Source: Schmidtea polychroa (lineage: Eukaryota). From it: a DNA stretch of 64,000 nucleotides. The notes beneath the pieces were generated by a model. The model was not told the origin of the DNA. It worked only from the letters and a program-made list of their open reading frames with translations, and ran no database searches. The stretch spans positions 25,174,001 through 25,238,000 of the forward strand of contig CM097885.1 in NCBI GenBank assembly GCA_044892525.1, written 5' to 3'. Each line of letters starts with the position of its first letter. Positions within the stretch are counted from its first letter, which is position 1. The position numbers were made by a program, and so were the translations under genes. Below are positions 41,658 through 54,419 of the stretch, one piece after another.

Positions 41658-44600
41658 TTAAATTATTGAGTTGAATATTTGATCGAATTGTTGATCTCGA
41701 ATGACATGATCCGTTTCAGGCATGACGATATTACCACTACCATCTAAGACATCCACCCCTCTATAATGTCCATATGCAAAACTTGAGTTTTTCCTTACCC
41801 AAGCTCTCTTATCGTCGTGATTATTTAAAGCTATTTTTGAGTTTTTAAAAGTAAACAGCTGATGATTTCGGGTTCCTATTCTAGTTTGAGGAACCGACAT
41901 GACTGTGTTGTTGTTATAGCAGTCTAAATAAGATTGATGTTTGATGTCGGTCCCCGGTAATTTTACGCCCTTAGCCCTCATTGTTGACTTATTTCCTAAT
42001 AGGCTGTAACATTTAGGACGTAAGAAAACCCATTCACTATATCCTAACCCTTTACTCTCATCCTTAAACTTGCCTATAACTGAGTCAAGTCGCCTGGAAT
42101 ATAAAGGATGAGAGGGATCGTAATTTGAAGTATCTAAAAGGTCATCCGAAATCATCGCTTGTAATAAATATCTAATTTTAAATTTTTAACCTCTAAAAAG
42201 AAAGAGTCGGTATCACCCGCTACTAAATTAATTTCACAATTATAAATATCCCGATATCGTTGTAGCTCTATATACTGTAACTGATACATCCGTAGTTTGG
42301 ATAGATCCAGTACTGATTGTCCGATGTAGCTGGGTCTATCCAAACATATAGAGTCCTTATTGAGATGCGCGGCAAACAGATCATCAGCTATTTCAATTGT
42401 TTTTCTGAATGCCGGTTTTGACGAATATGTAATTAATTTTTCAGATGAATTACATAGTCGCAAATTCATCCTCTTTTTAAGGTTCTCTACGGATTTACCG
42501 AACAGGCTATTATTATATAATTTAAATAAATCTCTATATATTTCACTAACTGCATTAGCACGCAAGTTAGTGTTTTTATCGATATAATGTTTAAAGATAT
42601 GATTTTGTTTATATTTTATTGGTCTGTGTATATTTACAACCTTAGCCCCAAGTGAAAGATAAAGCCTGAGAAGCCTCCAATGAAGAACATAGTTCTTCTT
42701 TGGATAATGCGTGAGCATCAGCTTCTCAACTTTTGAGTTAGGTGGGCATATCTTTTCCGGTCCAATCGGAAAGTCATTTAAAAAATCATGGAAATCAATC
42801 GGAATCTCGATATCAACTGTATATCCATATGGAAGTGTTTCGATATCCGCAACATTCACACACTCATCCAAAACTTCATTCAAGCCATCATACACCCAAG
42901 TAAAATCACCATAGGGAAGACTTTGGCTAAGAGCCCAACCATATAGATTATTTATATCAATATACAATAATTCTGTATCATCTGAAGCAGCTGTGTAATG
43001 TTTGTTAACAAATGTTAACCCACCCCGTATTCCTCCCTCGTAAAAATTGAACATTTCCACGTCCTGTAAAAGTTCTATGGGTTCCGTTAATGTCATAAGC
43101 GCTGAGGCCCATGACATACCGGGAATTCCATAGAAATTTAAAGGTTCCAATCCATTGTATGCAATGGCATTGGCCCGGAATTGTTGAAAGTAATCAGCGA
43201 GTAGGAATACATCGAGTTTGAGGTAGGTTAACATATAGTCAAGCAAATTTATACAGTTTTGCTGCGTCCAGATTAGTTGTGCCTTAACGTACTCATCTTC
43301 GCTAACACCAGACCAAATAGGAGGTAGTTCATATGTAGTCTCAAGAACATCAAATGAGGTAGCAAAATCATACGGAAAAATACCTTTACAGTCAACTATA
43401 ATACCTTGAAAGACAGACGAAGTTAAAGGAAGAGAAGTTTGTGTTTTCACAGCCTTAGCTAAAGAGCAATTAACAAATTGCATAGAATCTATAAATCTCA
43501 CAGCCAATTTATTGATATGTACATTGTACAATTAACGAAATAAATTTTTCGGTTGAGGTAGGAATTATATTCAAGTCCCAAGATGAAAAGCCATTGAGAC
43601 CGTGTTTTAAAATATGGTGGAGGTCATAACCTCGTAAATTATGAAAGACAATAGGTAGTAGACGATAAATTCGACGAGCAACATTACATTTTCGGCAAGA
43701 TGCCCCTGGATATTTACCAGAGAAATGACAGTGGTCTCTTACCGGATTTACTATAGGTTTTCTACATAAGTAGCAATTTCGACAAGATTTAAACTGACGT
43801 TCCTCAATGAAAGACATCGGTCCTATCAACTTATTACCTTCCATATCATAATACGGTATCACAACAGTAGAAGCAATTTCCTCAACTTTTTTAAGAAAAT
43901 CAGTAATACAGTCAAGGCCATAAAATTCAAAATATTGTTTAGTATTTTTATAATTATTTATTAATAAAAGGCCTGCTGAACTAGGCATATGAATTTGATG
44001 ATGACGAACATCAGGGGGTAAAACCGACTCAAAATCGGCATAAATTACAAAAGGTGGTGTTATGTTTTTGAAAAATTTTGAAATTCGAGATTTTTATTTG
44101 AGGGTAAAGTGTACAGGGTTGTACCTGTCTGATTTTTGGCACATAATGCGACATGAATATTAAACGCGTTATCTAATCGGAACCCGTTAAGACAGTGTGG
44201 GCACCATTGACATCTTATTTGAACGCTACAGTCCGAGTTCCGATGACAGTTCATTAGTCTATTGATATTGGTCACAGCAGTATAATGATATCGATCCTTA
44301 TTTTCTAATAATAACAAATAAATTGGGTTTCCGTCAGTGACCTTAGATCGATGGATAAGACTTAAATGAGGATGGTGAAAGACATAATTATCAGGGGTTT
44401 CATCGTCATCAATTATTATAGTTGGAGTGTATGAAAGCACATTAATGGCTAATTTTAAATTTATGTTTTTCTTTTCAAATTTAGGAATGTTGATTAATTT
44501 CATGGGACATTCCGTGACTTCGTCATATTTTAATTCACTCAAAAATTCAGTGTATTTAGATACTCTTTGAGGATTTTCACCTATTTGATCTTTCTTTAAT

Positions 44601-45624
44601 AAGTAAAGAATGGAATACAGAAAGCATTTATCGTCGCTATTTTTGATGTTTAATATAGCTTTCTTATTTTTCAATTCAGAAGGGGTTTTAATATATTGAT
44701 GTCCTGCCAAGCGACTAATTGGTGCATATTTAGTGATAATAAAATGTATCTCAAGAATGTTGATAACGCGCCATCCACTGCCTAAATAAGTAAATTGTTC
44801 TATTTTTTCATTAAGTTTATGAACCCCTTCGTTTAAAAAGTCATCAGAAAATGTCGTTGCATTATTAGAAAAGTAATTGTCACGGATTTCACCATCTTTT
44901 TCAAATCGAATTAATATCGCAAATTGAATTTTGACGCTCCCCATTTTATTAATTTCTTTTATTAATTTAGTTTTGATTTTATCAGTTAAAATTATTTTAA
45001 TTAATTGCGCATCTGATACATCAAAACGTAAAGTCTTGATAGCGCCATTTAAATTTATTATGATTAAAGGTTCATTCTCTAAGGAAGAACCTCCAAATTG
45101 AATCAAATCATTATTTATAATAGGTATAATTTCATTATTTACAATATTTTCGTTATTTATAATTTCATTATTTATATTAGGTATAATTTCATTATTTTCG
45201 TTATTTATAATAGATATAATTTCATTATTTATAATAGGTATAATTTCATTATTTACAATATTTATAGAGTCATCATCACTGATTTCGATGACTTCCTTTT
45301 TAATAATTTTATTAGGTACATTATTTTCTTTATTTTCAGCAGGTCTTTTATTTTTTGATGTTTTATTTTGTATAGTATTTAAAATATATCAATTATTTTT
45401 ATTAATTTCCCTAAATAGGTCTTTTTTATTTACTTTAAAAGAATTTAAATGATTTGAATGTTGTTTAAAAAATTCTTTATATCTAACGCTCTGGGAAGTT
45501 TTGCATATGGGGCATATAAAAAAGTTGATGCCATTAAATTTATGCATGTAATATTTTTTCATGTTTTTATAGCATGAAATACCATGACCGAATGACGACA
45601 TGCAATATCTTGGGTAAAAAGAAC
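41658..45624 (-). pseudogene. polB: Protein-primed family B DNA polymerase (Polinton pPolB) with an endonuclease VII/HNH-like insert; one stop and three frameshifts
   Basis: ExoI YADFE (~44030), C..C...RDHCH.SGKY.G..C..CN, ExoII FHNLRGYD, KGIFPYD, motif A DINNLYGWAL, motif B KLYNNSLFGK, motif C GDTDS, GKFKDE, LRPKCYS, RAKGV, DDKR, YGHY. Lesions: TGA at 45389-45391; frameshifts at ~44062, ~43525 and ~42165. Confidence 0.93.
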
Positions 45625-45652
45625 CTGATAAAAAAATATATAAATTAATTTT

Positions 45653-45853
45653 TAAAAATTAATTCATTAACACATAAATAATAATAAAAAATCAAATATT
45701 GCAATGTCGATATTTTGATGTTATTATCATTCATTATTATACAAGTTTTCATTACAAAGACTTGTATAATAATGAATGATAATAACATGAAAATATCGAC
45801 ATTGCGATATTTGATTTTTTATTATTATTTATATGTTAATGAATTAATTTTTA
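45653..45853. repeat. ~200-bp near-perfect hairpin (arms ~97 bp)
   Basis: taaaaattaattcattaac...attatacaagt [short loop] acttgtataat...gttaatgaattaattttta. Confidence 0.9.
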
Positions 45854-45900
45854 TGTTTTTAGTTTTTAGTTAACAATGATTTGTGATAGAAAGTTGAAAT

Positions 45901-45952
<52 letters not shown>

Positions 45953-46634
45953 GTAGGAGTTTTACAACATTTATTTCAAAAATACACTGAATGAGATTCA
46001 TCGATTATGACACCACAACTCTGACATCTACTACAGTTTTTCAAACATAAGGAACAAATAATGATATGGCCACAAGGCAGATATAGAATAGAAACTTCTC
46101 GAATTCGACATATACAACATGTAATAAACGGTTTTCTGACTTCATTCAGTAAATTATGTATTGTAATACCAAGTTTATATGCATTAAGAAGGAAGATTTC
46201 AATAAGCTCGCGATATTTTCGGAACCTGAAATCCATACATGTCCAGAAAACCTTAAGCATGTTAATTTCTGTATGGTTAATATTATTTATAGATATTATA
46301 CAGCTGGTTAATTTCAACATCGATATATTGAAGCCGAACTTATCAAATAGATTTTGAATTTCTTGATGTTTGAAAGATTTATTTATTTTGGCCAGGAATA
46401 TATAATCTTCATCATTTATTGTTAGAAGTTTATCTATTATTAAAATAAGAATGATCCCAATCAATAGACAATTCTTGTACCTTATTTAAAATAATTAAAT
46501 TACAAAATAATTATAACATCAAACCTGTGGATCGTTTGAAGTCATCGATGAATATTTGTGAATGTTGTAAATGAAGTTATTAGACCTATTTATATATATG
46601 TTTCATAATAATAATAATAATAATATTAATAATG

Positions 46635-46709
<75 letters not shown>

Positions 46710-47131
46710 ATAATAATATTTTTACTTTATTAAAACAAATTAAGACATCATTTGCGCGCACGGATTCCCCTTTGAATTACCTTTAAAATGACCCCTTGAT
46801 CAATAAAATCCAAGCAAAGGTACTCTCAAAATATTAATTTTAAGAAAATACACGCAATCTTTAATTAAACTATATAGCCGCCATCTTGTAAAATATGACC
46901 TTTGAAAGTATAACCATGATACTTACATCTCAAATACCTTTTGTTTGATATGTATATTATAAGGTTTTAAAATTTTTGAACCTTGAACCCTTCGAACTCA
47001 CCATCAAAAGTTCTTTCGAATGATATATATTATATGGTTTTAAAAATATTTAATTTTGGACACCCTTTGAAGGTTATTAACCCCCCTTCGAGGGTATAGC
47101 CATTAGATAGACCTCTCAAATACCTTTCGAA

Positions 47132-47175
<44 letters not shown>

Positions 47176-47630
47176 ATGTTTGAAAAAATTCGAAGGTTTT
47201 TTACCCTTAGAAGGCCGAGGACCCACCATACACCTTCGAGGGTATGACCATTAGATAGACCTCTCAAATACCTTTCGAATGATACCCTTTCGTGAAGGTT
47301 TGACCTTAAAAATATGACCTTGGCCTTAAAAATATGACCTTGACCTTCAAAATATGACCTTGATGAGTCAACCAATGACCTTGAATGAGTCATGGTCTTT
47401 GCTTCAATTACCATGACGAGTCATCCAATGACCTTGATGAGTCATCCAATGACCCTGAGTGAGTCATGGTCTTTGTTTCAATGACCTTGATGAGTCATAG
47501 GGTGAGTCATGGTCTTTGTTTCAATGACCTTGATAAGTCATATGTCTTTGTTTAAAATTTGACCTTGAAAAAATTTTTTTTATCCCCCCTGGGGGGAAGT
47601 GCCAGAGCTGACATGTGCCATCCTACTACT
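45852..47630 (-). repeat. Right terminal inverted repeat (~1.8 kb)
   Basis: Reverse complement of the left TIR, ending ...cctactact. Confidence 0.9.
45976..46464 (-). CDS. IAP-type RING-finger protein (right TIR copy)
   Basis: Near-identical translation to 40853-41338 with a few substitutions; different indel at the 5' junction. Confidence 0.7.
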   Translation of the reverse strand: MIGIILILIIDKLLTINDEDYIFLAKINKSFKHQEIQNLFDKFGFNISMLKLTSCIISINNINHTEINMLKVFWTCMDFRFRKYRELIEIFLLNAYKLGITIHNLLNEVRKPFITCCICRIREVSILYLPCGHIIICSLCLKNCSRCQSCGVIIDESHSVYF

Positions 47631-47899
47631 ATTATGAATTCATAGAAAATGCAAATGTGACACCCAATTTGAAACCGAGTAAATTAAGTTAATGATATCA
47701 GTAAAAACTAATAGTAAATTAATTTTAAAAAATTAGTAGTAAATAATTAGAGGATGTAAATGTCAAAAAATTACATTTAGGAAATTATTTGATGAATTTT
47801 GTGGAGTTGAAAAATTTATAAATTTTTATAGTTGTTTAAATATTCTAGATAAATTGAAATTAATTGAATTATTATTGTAATAATTTATTTTAGATGAAT

Positions 47900-47991
<92 letters not shown>

Positions 47992-49531
47992 CCTTACTAT
48001 GCTAATATTGCGTAATAAGTTAGAGAATATTTCACTTTATCTAAATTAGTTGTAACAATTAATTTACATATTATTGCTGCCGTGATCCCTTTACATAAGG
48101 CACGAGCTTATATTAATTTTTTTGAAAAAAATAACAGAAATTTGAAAAAGGTCCCATGCGAATCTTGTACAACGGAATTTTTTAATTCGAGCGAATAACC
48201 TTTCCTCGAACGCATTTTGGATGATTATTTTATAATTTTAATATTTATAAAATCAATTAATATATATTGATTAACTAGGCACTGTATTTATTAAAAAACC
48301 TGACTATGAATCAGTATATATATATATGTTTTTTTATATCTTTACTTACTCATAGTCAAGATGATTAATAAATACAATAAATACAATTGAAAGGAAATCA
48401 GTGGTGAAAATAGAAAAAAGTTCTTACATTATTAACTAGGGTTTATTTAATGAGTAAAACTTATATTACGAAATATACTGTTAATAATTTTATTCCTTTC
48501 ACAAATAAAAATGATTAATTGAGAAAATTAAATTAAATTTTTGGATTTGAAAATTTTTTTTACTCTTTAAACAGTCTTCAATGTTAGGAATTAGAAAATA
48601 ATGTTTTTTTTGCAAAGGATGAATTTTATTGTTACGACATAAATGCTAATAATTGTATTGTGAAATTTAAACCAAGAATTATAGTGGGAGGGTATCAGAC
48701 TCTTCTTTATTGAAGATATTAATTCGTATTTCTTTAGGGGGAAATATTCAAGTTATGTCAAAGTAACCCACAGTAAAACATGAATTCTCTAAACACTCTA
48801 AACTCTATCATTTGTTTGTTTGTATTATGATGTCATTTTTCTTAGTATATAAAATATTTTTATATTTCTAAAAAAACCAAAGACATTTGCTAGGTCTGAT
48901 AAAACTATCTAACTTCATAAATATTCCATAGTTTTCCTTAAACCATACAAATAACAATAACAGTATCAAAACCGCTTCATGACAAAAAAATGAGTTATCA
49001 ACAAACAAAAAAGCAACATATAAATAGCTGTTTTGTCTATTCTGAATATATTAGTCAATTTAAACAATAAAATATATTAAAAATGGATTAGTTAATTCAA
49101 ACAAAAAATGTATTAAAATGGTTTTTAATTTTTTGTAGCAAAAAAATATATGAAATTGATAGTTTAAATTAAATTCATATTTCCCACATTGCTCTCCTTA
49201 TCATCAATAAAATTCCAATTAAAGTGTAACGGTATAATAATCAATAATAACACTTAAACAAAAATCTAAATCACAAGAGAAAATTTCAATTTAAAATCAA
49301 CCTCCATCTGAAAAATCTCAAGATCGGCGGAAAAATCCCCAACATTTTAACCAGCCATTAAATATTGCCCATGCCCAACTCCATCAATTTTTGAGGTAGA
49401 GGCGATTGCTCGGTCCTATGTTGAATCAACTTGCCACAATATTTTGACATTTGGTTTTAATATGCATAGTTAAATGAAATATTTTGTTTAAATTAATTCC
49501 ACATTGATTAAAAATCACGATTAGATGAGTT

Positions 49532-49610
<79 letters not shown>

Positions 49611-50166
49611 AATGTTTTGTTTAAATTTTAAACAAATTTTACCCATTTCTAAATAAAATATATATTTATATAAATATTTATTAATTTTTCAACAAAAAAA
49701 TACATAAAAATTTACACGAGATTTGAATTTAAAAAAAAATATAATTCAACAATTATGAGAAATTTACGTAGAAAAAATAATTGCCATAGAAACAAAAGAA
49801 AAAATAACAAATCTAAGAAGGCATTTGGTTACGATGATTTACCATTTTATATAGAATTGAGGAAAGGAACCTGCAATCTGTACGGAGTTCTTCATCTTGT
49901 TAATTCATTTATCCACATACAAACACGCATGCAAAACTATGAATGGGGTTCGTTAGGACACACGAGTCTCTTTTCTTCCTGGACGAGTTCTGTGTTTACC
50001 TTTGATTTGTGTTTCCCAAGTTTGGGAAAATAACTGTAACTCAACTTTCCCCCGACTATCCTGTCTTTTCAATATGAAACTTTAATTAAATAATAAATAA
50101 ATAAATAATATTTCATAAGATATCATTACTGTTAGTTCATAGCCAAAATTTGAATTTATGCTAAAA

Positions 50167-50258
<92 letters not shown>

Positions 50259-50268
50259 TTGATAATAA

Positions 50269-50304
<36 letters not shown>

Positions 50305-51895
50305 GATAATAACGAAAGGAAATAATAAAATTAGATCAAATTAATTCAACATAAAAAGTATATCTGTATCTAGGAGATTGTTAGAAGGATTTCTAATAAT
50401 TTACTCCTGAGACGGGAATAGAATAATTTACACATCAGCGGATTAATTGGGCATCAAACGAAAGCTATAGGAAACAGTTATCTGTAAAATATGACAAAAC
50501 CAGAAGATATTATTAGAAATATATTTTTGAAAAGAATTAAAAACGAATTTTGTTTCTATTGAAAAATTGAAGTTATTAAAATAATAAAAAATCATTTTTA
50601 AAATAATTATTAAAATAATTTTTAATTCTTTAACGAAGATCTTTTTTGCATGATATACTTTCGAGGTTCCCGGAATGAAGGAGAAATAAATTTGGTAGAT
50701 AAATAATAATTTAATTCTTTATGAAGGTCATTTCAAGAAATTCCTGACGAATTCAAGGGCATTATTAAATTACCCAAGACCCGGTATCGCTGAAATGAAT
50801 TCAAAGAAAAATCCAAAAAGAAAGAAATATTTTATATAATAAAGTTTTCAGCAAAGCATGTGAGTTAGATTAGTAGATAAAGTTAGAGAAATTATAAGAA
50901 TTTTAACATTTGGATTTCCGTGTGAAAATAGAAAAAGACAATAGAATGAAAGAAGAGAACGAATCTTGGGTAAAGGCTATATGAAATCGAAGAACATTCG
51001 AAAAGAACGCGCCTTGTGTCCGAAAGGTGACCATTTGAAATGACAATGACGACACAATAAAGGTTCGGATATACCAAAATATGAAATTAAGATGGAGATC
51101 AAAACCAGTTTGGAAGGTAATAAGGCAGAAATCATTTTTGCAAATAAAGTCCGAAGACGCAAAACTACGAATTTGACGGTGACGATTTATTTGAATGTGA
51201 ATAACTAGAAGGGAAAGTTTGAGTTTCAATGAAATGAATCGATGTCATAAACATTGTAGGACCCTTAAAAGGTGGAAATATTTGACAGTACAATGGACAT
51301 GTGAAGGATTTTATCACAAATCTAGAAAATAATAAATAATTATAATTAATTATTTATTTCATTAGTATTATTAATATCTACAAAATATTCCATTATTATA
51401 AAAGATATCTTAACATAATTAATGTCGAAAATGGGGTGATGCTTTGTAATAAAATTATTCGCAATTTTCGCATTTTACCTTTTACTTGTAAGTTCGCTGC
51501 AAATATTTTGACAACGTCTATGATTTTCTCGGTTGCCTGTTTTTAATCAGCCCTGCAAATCTCACATATTTCCTTTCTCTTTACGAGGGGTTTCATTCTT
51601 GATATTATGCTGCAAGTGTAGTAATGTCTCATGTATTCGGCCGTTTTTGTTATAATTCTTGTAATTATATCATAAATATTAAAACAAAACATGTCGTTAT
51701 TAAAATTCATATAATAAGACATTCATTCAATCAGACATCTGTCAATTGGATACATTTCTGTCATTTGAGGATTAAATATGCGTATTATTGATACAGAATG
51801 TTTCCTCTAGATGCGGGACTTTTACAAGTGTAATTTTAGGGGCAAAACACTTATAATTTTGGTGTTTGGACTTTGGAGTTGAGGATGCATCAAGG

Positions 51896-52130
51896 TGTTT
51901 TGGGATACGAACACTATACCGTTAACCATTCAGATTAGTTTGTGGAACCAGTTACAGCTATTCACACTTACAACATAGAATCTTATTGGGTTAAAAACAA
52001 AAGTAGATGTAAAACATTGATAGGTATCAAAAAGGAATTTCTACAGGATTATTTAAATGAATTTATGTAGAGAGATAACGTTAAAGGAGAGAGTTTTGAA
52101 AAAACTTTTGAATTAATAAGAGGTTTTTAT
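51896..52130 (+). pseudogene. Merlin/ISXO2 transposase C-terminal fragment
   Basis: LGYEHYTVNHSD*FVEPVTAIHTYNIESYW...LQDYLNEFM*R. Confidence 0.8.
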
Positions 52131-52262
52131 AAATAAAAATTGTTTTTCGTTAATGCTTATTTTTTATTTATTTTTTAAAAATATCTTTGTTGAAGGCAGA
52201 ATTTTTACAAGATCTGAATGTTTGAATATGAATGTAATTTTAAAGGTTTTTTATTATTGTTT

Positions 52263-52525
52263 AATTTTCATCAAATAATCTGTCAAATCTCTCTCAGTAA
52301 AATCCATTCTACAAATTGCATGATGCAACGCATAACCTTCATAAACTGGCATAGTGCGTGTCCCACTATCTCTGGAATCTAAAACAATGCCGTAAGTTCT
52401 TCCTCTGTATAAACAGACAGAACAGCTTGCATAGCTCCATCTATAGCAAAAACATTGAATGATTCAACCATAATTTGAGTAATATTTTCTCTGTTAGCTT
52501 TTGGATTCAGTAGCGCTCCGGTAAT
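52263..52525 (-). pseudogene. ACT: Actin fragment (frameshifted, intronless)
   Basis: [21 protein letters not shown]...MQAVLSVY / [45 protein letters not shown], matching actin residues ~105-192. Confidence 0.9.
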
Positions 52526-53307
52526 TTACCAATAATAAACAATTATTATTTACTATAAGAACTTTTTTTCCAATTTCACCACTGATTATTTTTTAATAAA
52601 TAATTATTTAATAAATAAACAAAATATATATAAAAAAATTAAAAATAAAATATGGGTGAAAAATTTCCAGATTTTTATTTTTAATGAACTTTTGTTCATG
52701 CTTGCTTGGCGTTGATTTAGTTTTCCGTTTATAGTAAAATATTTGTTAATTGAAAAAAAATATTTGTCAGATAACATTCAAATTTGTAATTTCTTCACAA
52801 AAATACAAACCTAAATAAAATCTTTTTTACAAATTGGGATTAAAAAATGAGAAAAATAAAAAAAACTTTTTTAGATCTCGGATTAGAGTTTCATTTTTTT
52901 CACTTTTATTTTCATTGATTTGTTTTATTAATCAATATCTTAAGTGAAAATTGTTCATAAATCAATAACCAATGAAAATGTTTATTTGTTTGAATTGTCA
53001 TATTCAATTTTAAATATTTGAATTTTTAGTACATACGTTTTTACATCCGCAAATACATATAAAGAATACGGATTACTATTCAGGAAACTTAATTATTTAC
53101 TATTAGTTTCTATTTTGATGTTCAGATATAACTACTACTAACAAATTTTTATGTCCTTTAAAGTAACTCGTGTCATTTAGAATCATACCTTCTGAAAATA
53201 AATTTCATATTCTAAGAAAAATAAATATTTAATTTATATCAGTAAAAATAAAAAGTTTTCTTGTCCATCTTCTTAAAGAAAATTCTATTATTATAATATT
53301 ATTATAA

Positions 53308-53374
<67 letters not shown>

Positions 53375-53640
53375 GTGAAAAGAAGACACTGTATTAAAAT
53401 ATTTATTCAAAATATTCCAAATCGTTAACATACTATTTTCAGTACTTCCTTTTCATAATCTAAATTCTAGAATAAGGAGTATTACTAATTTAGGCGATAT
53501 TATGCATACTGATTGCATGCATACTTATTTCAATTCATTGTACACACAAACATTCCCGCATTAGTCATCAAACATCAAGGTTACAGTGACCTGGCTATAT
53601 AATCTATTTATTATACATTATTATATTCTCAACTTATTAC

Positions 53641-53708
<68 letters not shown>

Positions 53709-53716
<8 letters not shown>

Positions 53717-53915
53717 TAAAACAATAAAATGATAATTTAAGCCTTTTGCTGCAAATAATGTATTTAATAAAAGAATTTTCGACTATACGAGATTGGCAAG
53801 GACTATCGTATAGTCGAAAATTCTTTCATTAAATACATTATTTGCAGCAAAAGGCTTAAATTATCATTTTATTGTTTTAAATAATAAATGCTGCTACCAA
53901 GCAATCATCATTTTA
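53709..53915 (+). mobile_element. Fold-back relic of the Penelope pseudo-LTR found at 158-1703
   Basis: Arms 53709-53790 and 53806-53887 (one mismatch), followed by gctgctaccaagcaatcatca, matching 1590-1703. Confidence 0.8.
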
Positions 53916-54268
53916 TACTTATTATTATTATTATTATTATTATATAATGATTTTATAAATGACACACAAATTCAATGAAAATGGAATAAATACAATTTAC
54001 TATGATAAAGTTTCTTAGATAAACTTAATGCGAATAAACAACATTTTTTCCGTAAATTATTTTTTAACATTTTCCTATTTGCAGTTAAATATCTCAAATA
54101 AACATTAACGAAATAGTGAGTATTTATCCATATTTGTTTTTTTGTTTTGAGAGAATTAGTTCATTGATTCAAACAAAAACAAGTGCTCATTTTCAATTGA
54201 ATTTGAAATAATTGATTTTTGATATTTAGAGTGAGCTGCAAAGACTGAGTCTATGAGATTCTCTGTCA

Positions 54269-54419
54269 ATGGAAGACAACTGTTATCAAGACTGCTCAAG
54301 CGGTCTCATCATTCCGAACGAAGACAGCATCAAGATGAATTACAATGAACAGACCTCCCCATTAACGTCACCGGATATGTTTAGTTCTAATAAAGACAAA
54401 AAGACTTGGCTAAATCTCA
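54269..54419 (+). CDS. Kidins220-like gene, putative first coding exon
   Basis: ATG at 54269 with an in-frame TGA upstream (54254). Ends in phase 1 at donor gtatga, compatible with the next exon. Confidence 0.55.

Noticed and set aside
47581..47597. tatcccccctgggggga shared between the Polinton right end and the Merlin TIR (4597-4612)
   Set aside because: A short, low-complexity C/G palindrome; the left Polinton end differs, so coincidence is likely.
50340..51300. Possible non-LTR retrotransposon relics (YLYLGD and RHNK-like motifs; similar hints at 36560-37260 and 62000-62900)
   Set aside because: Too degenerate to support without a profile search.
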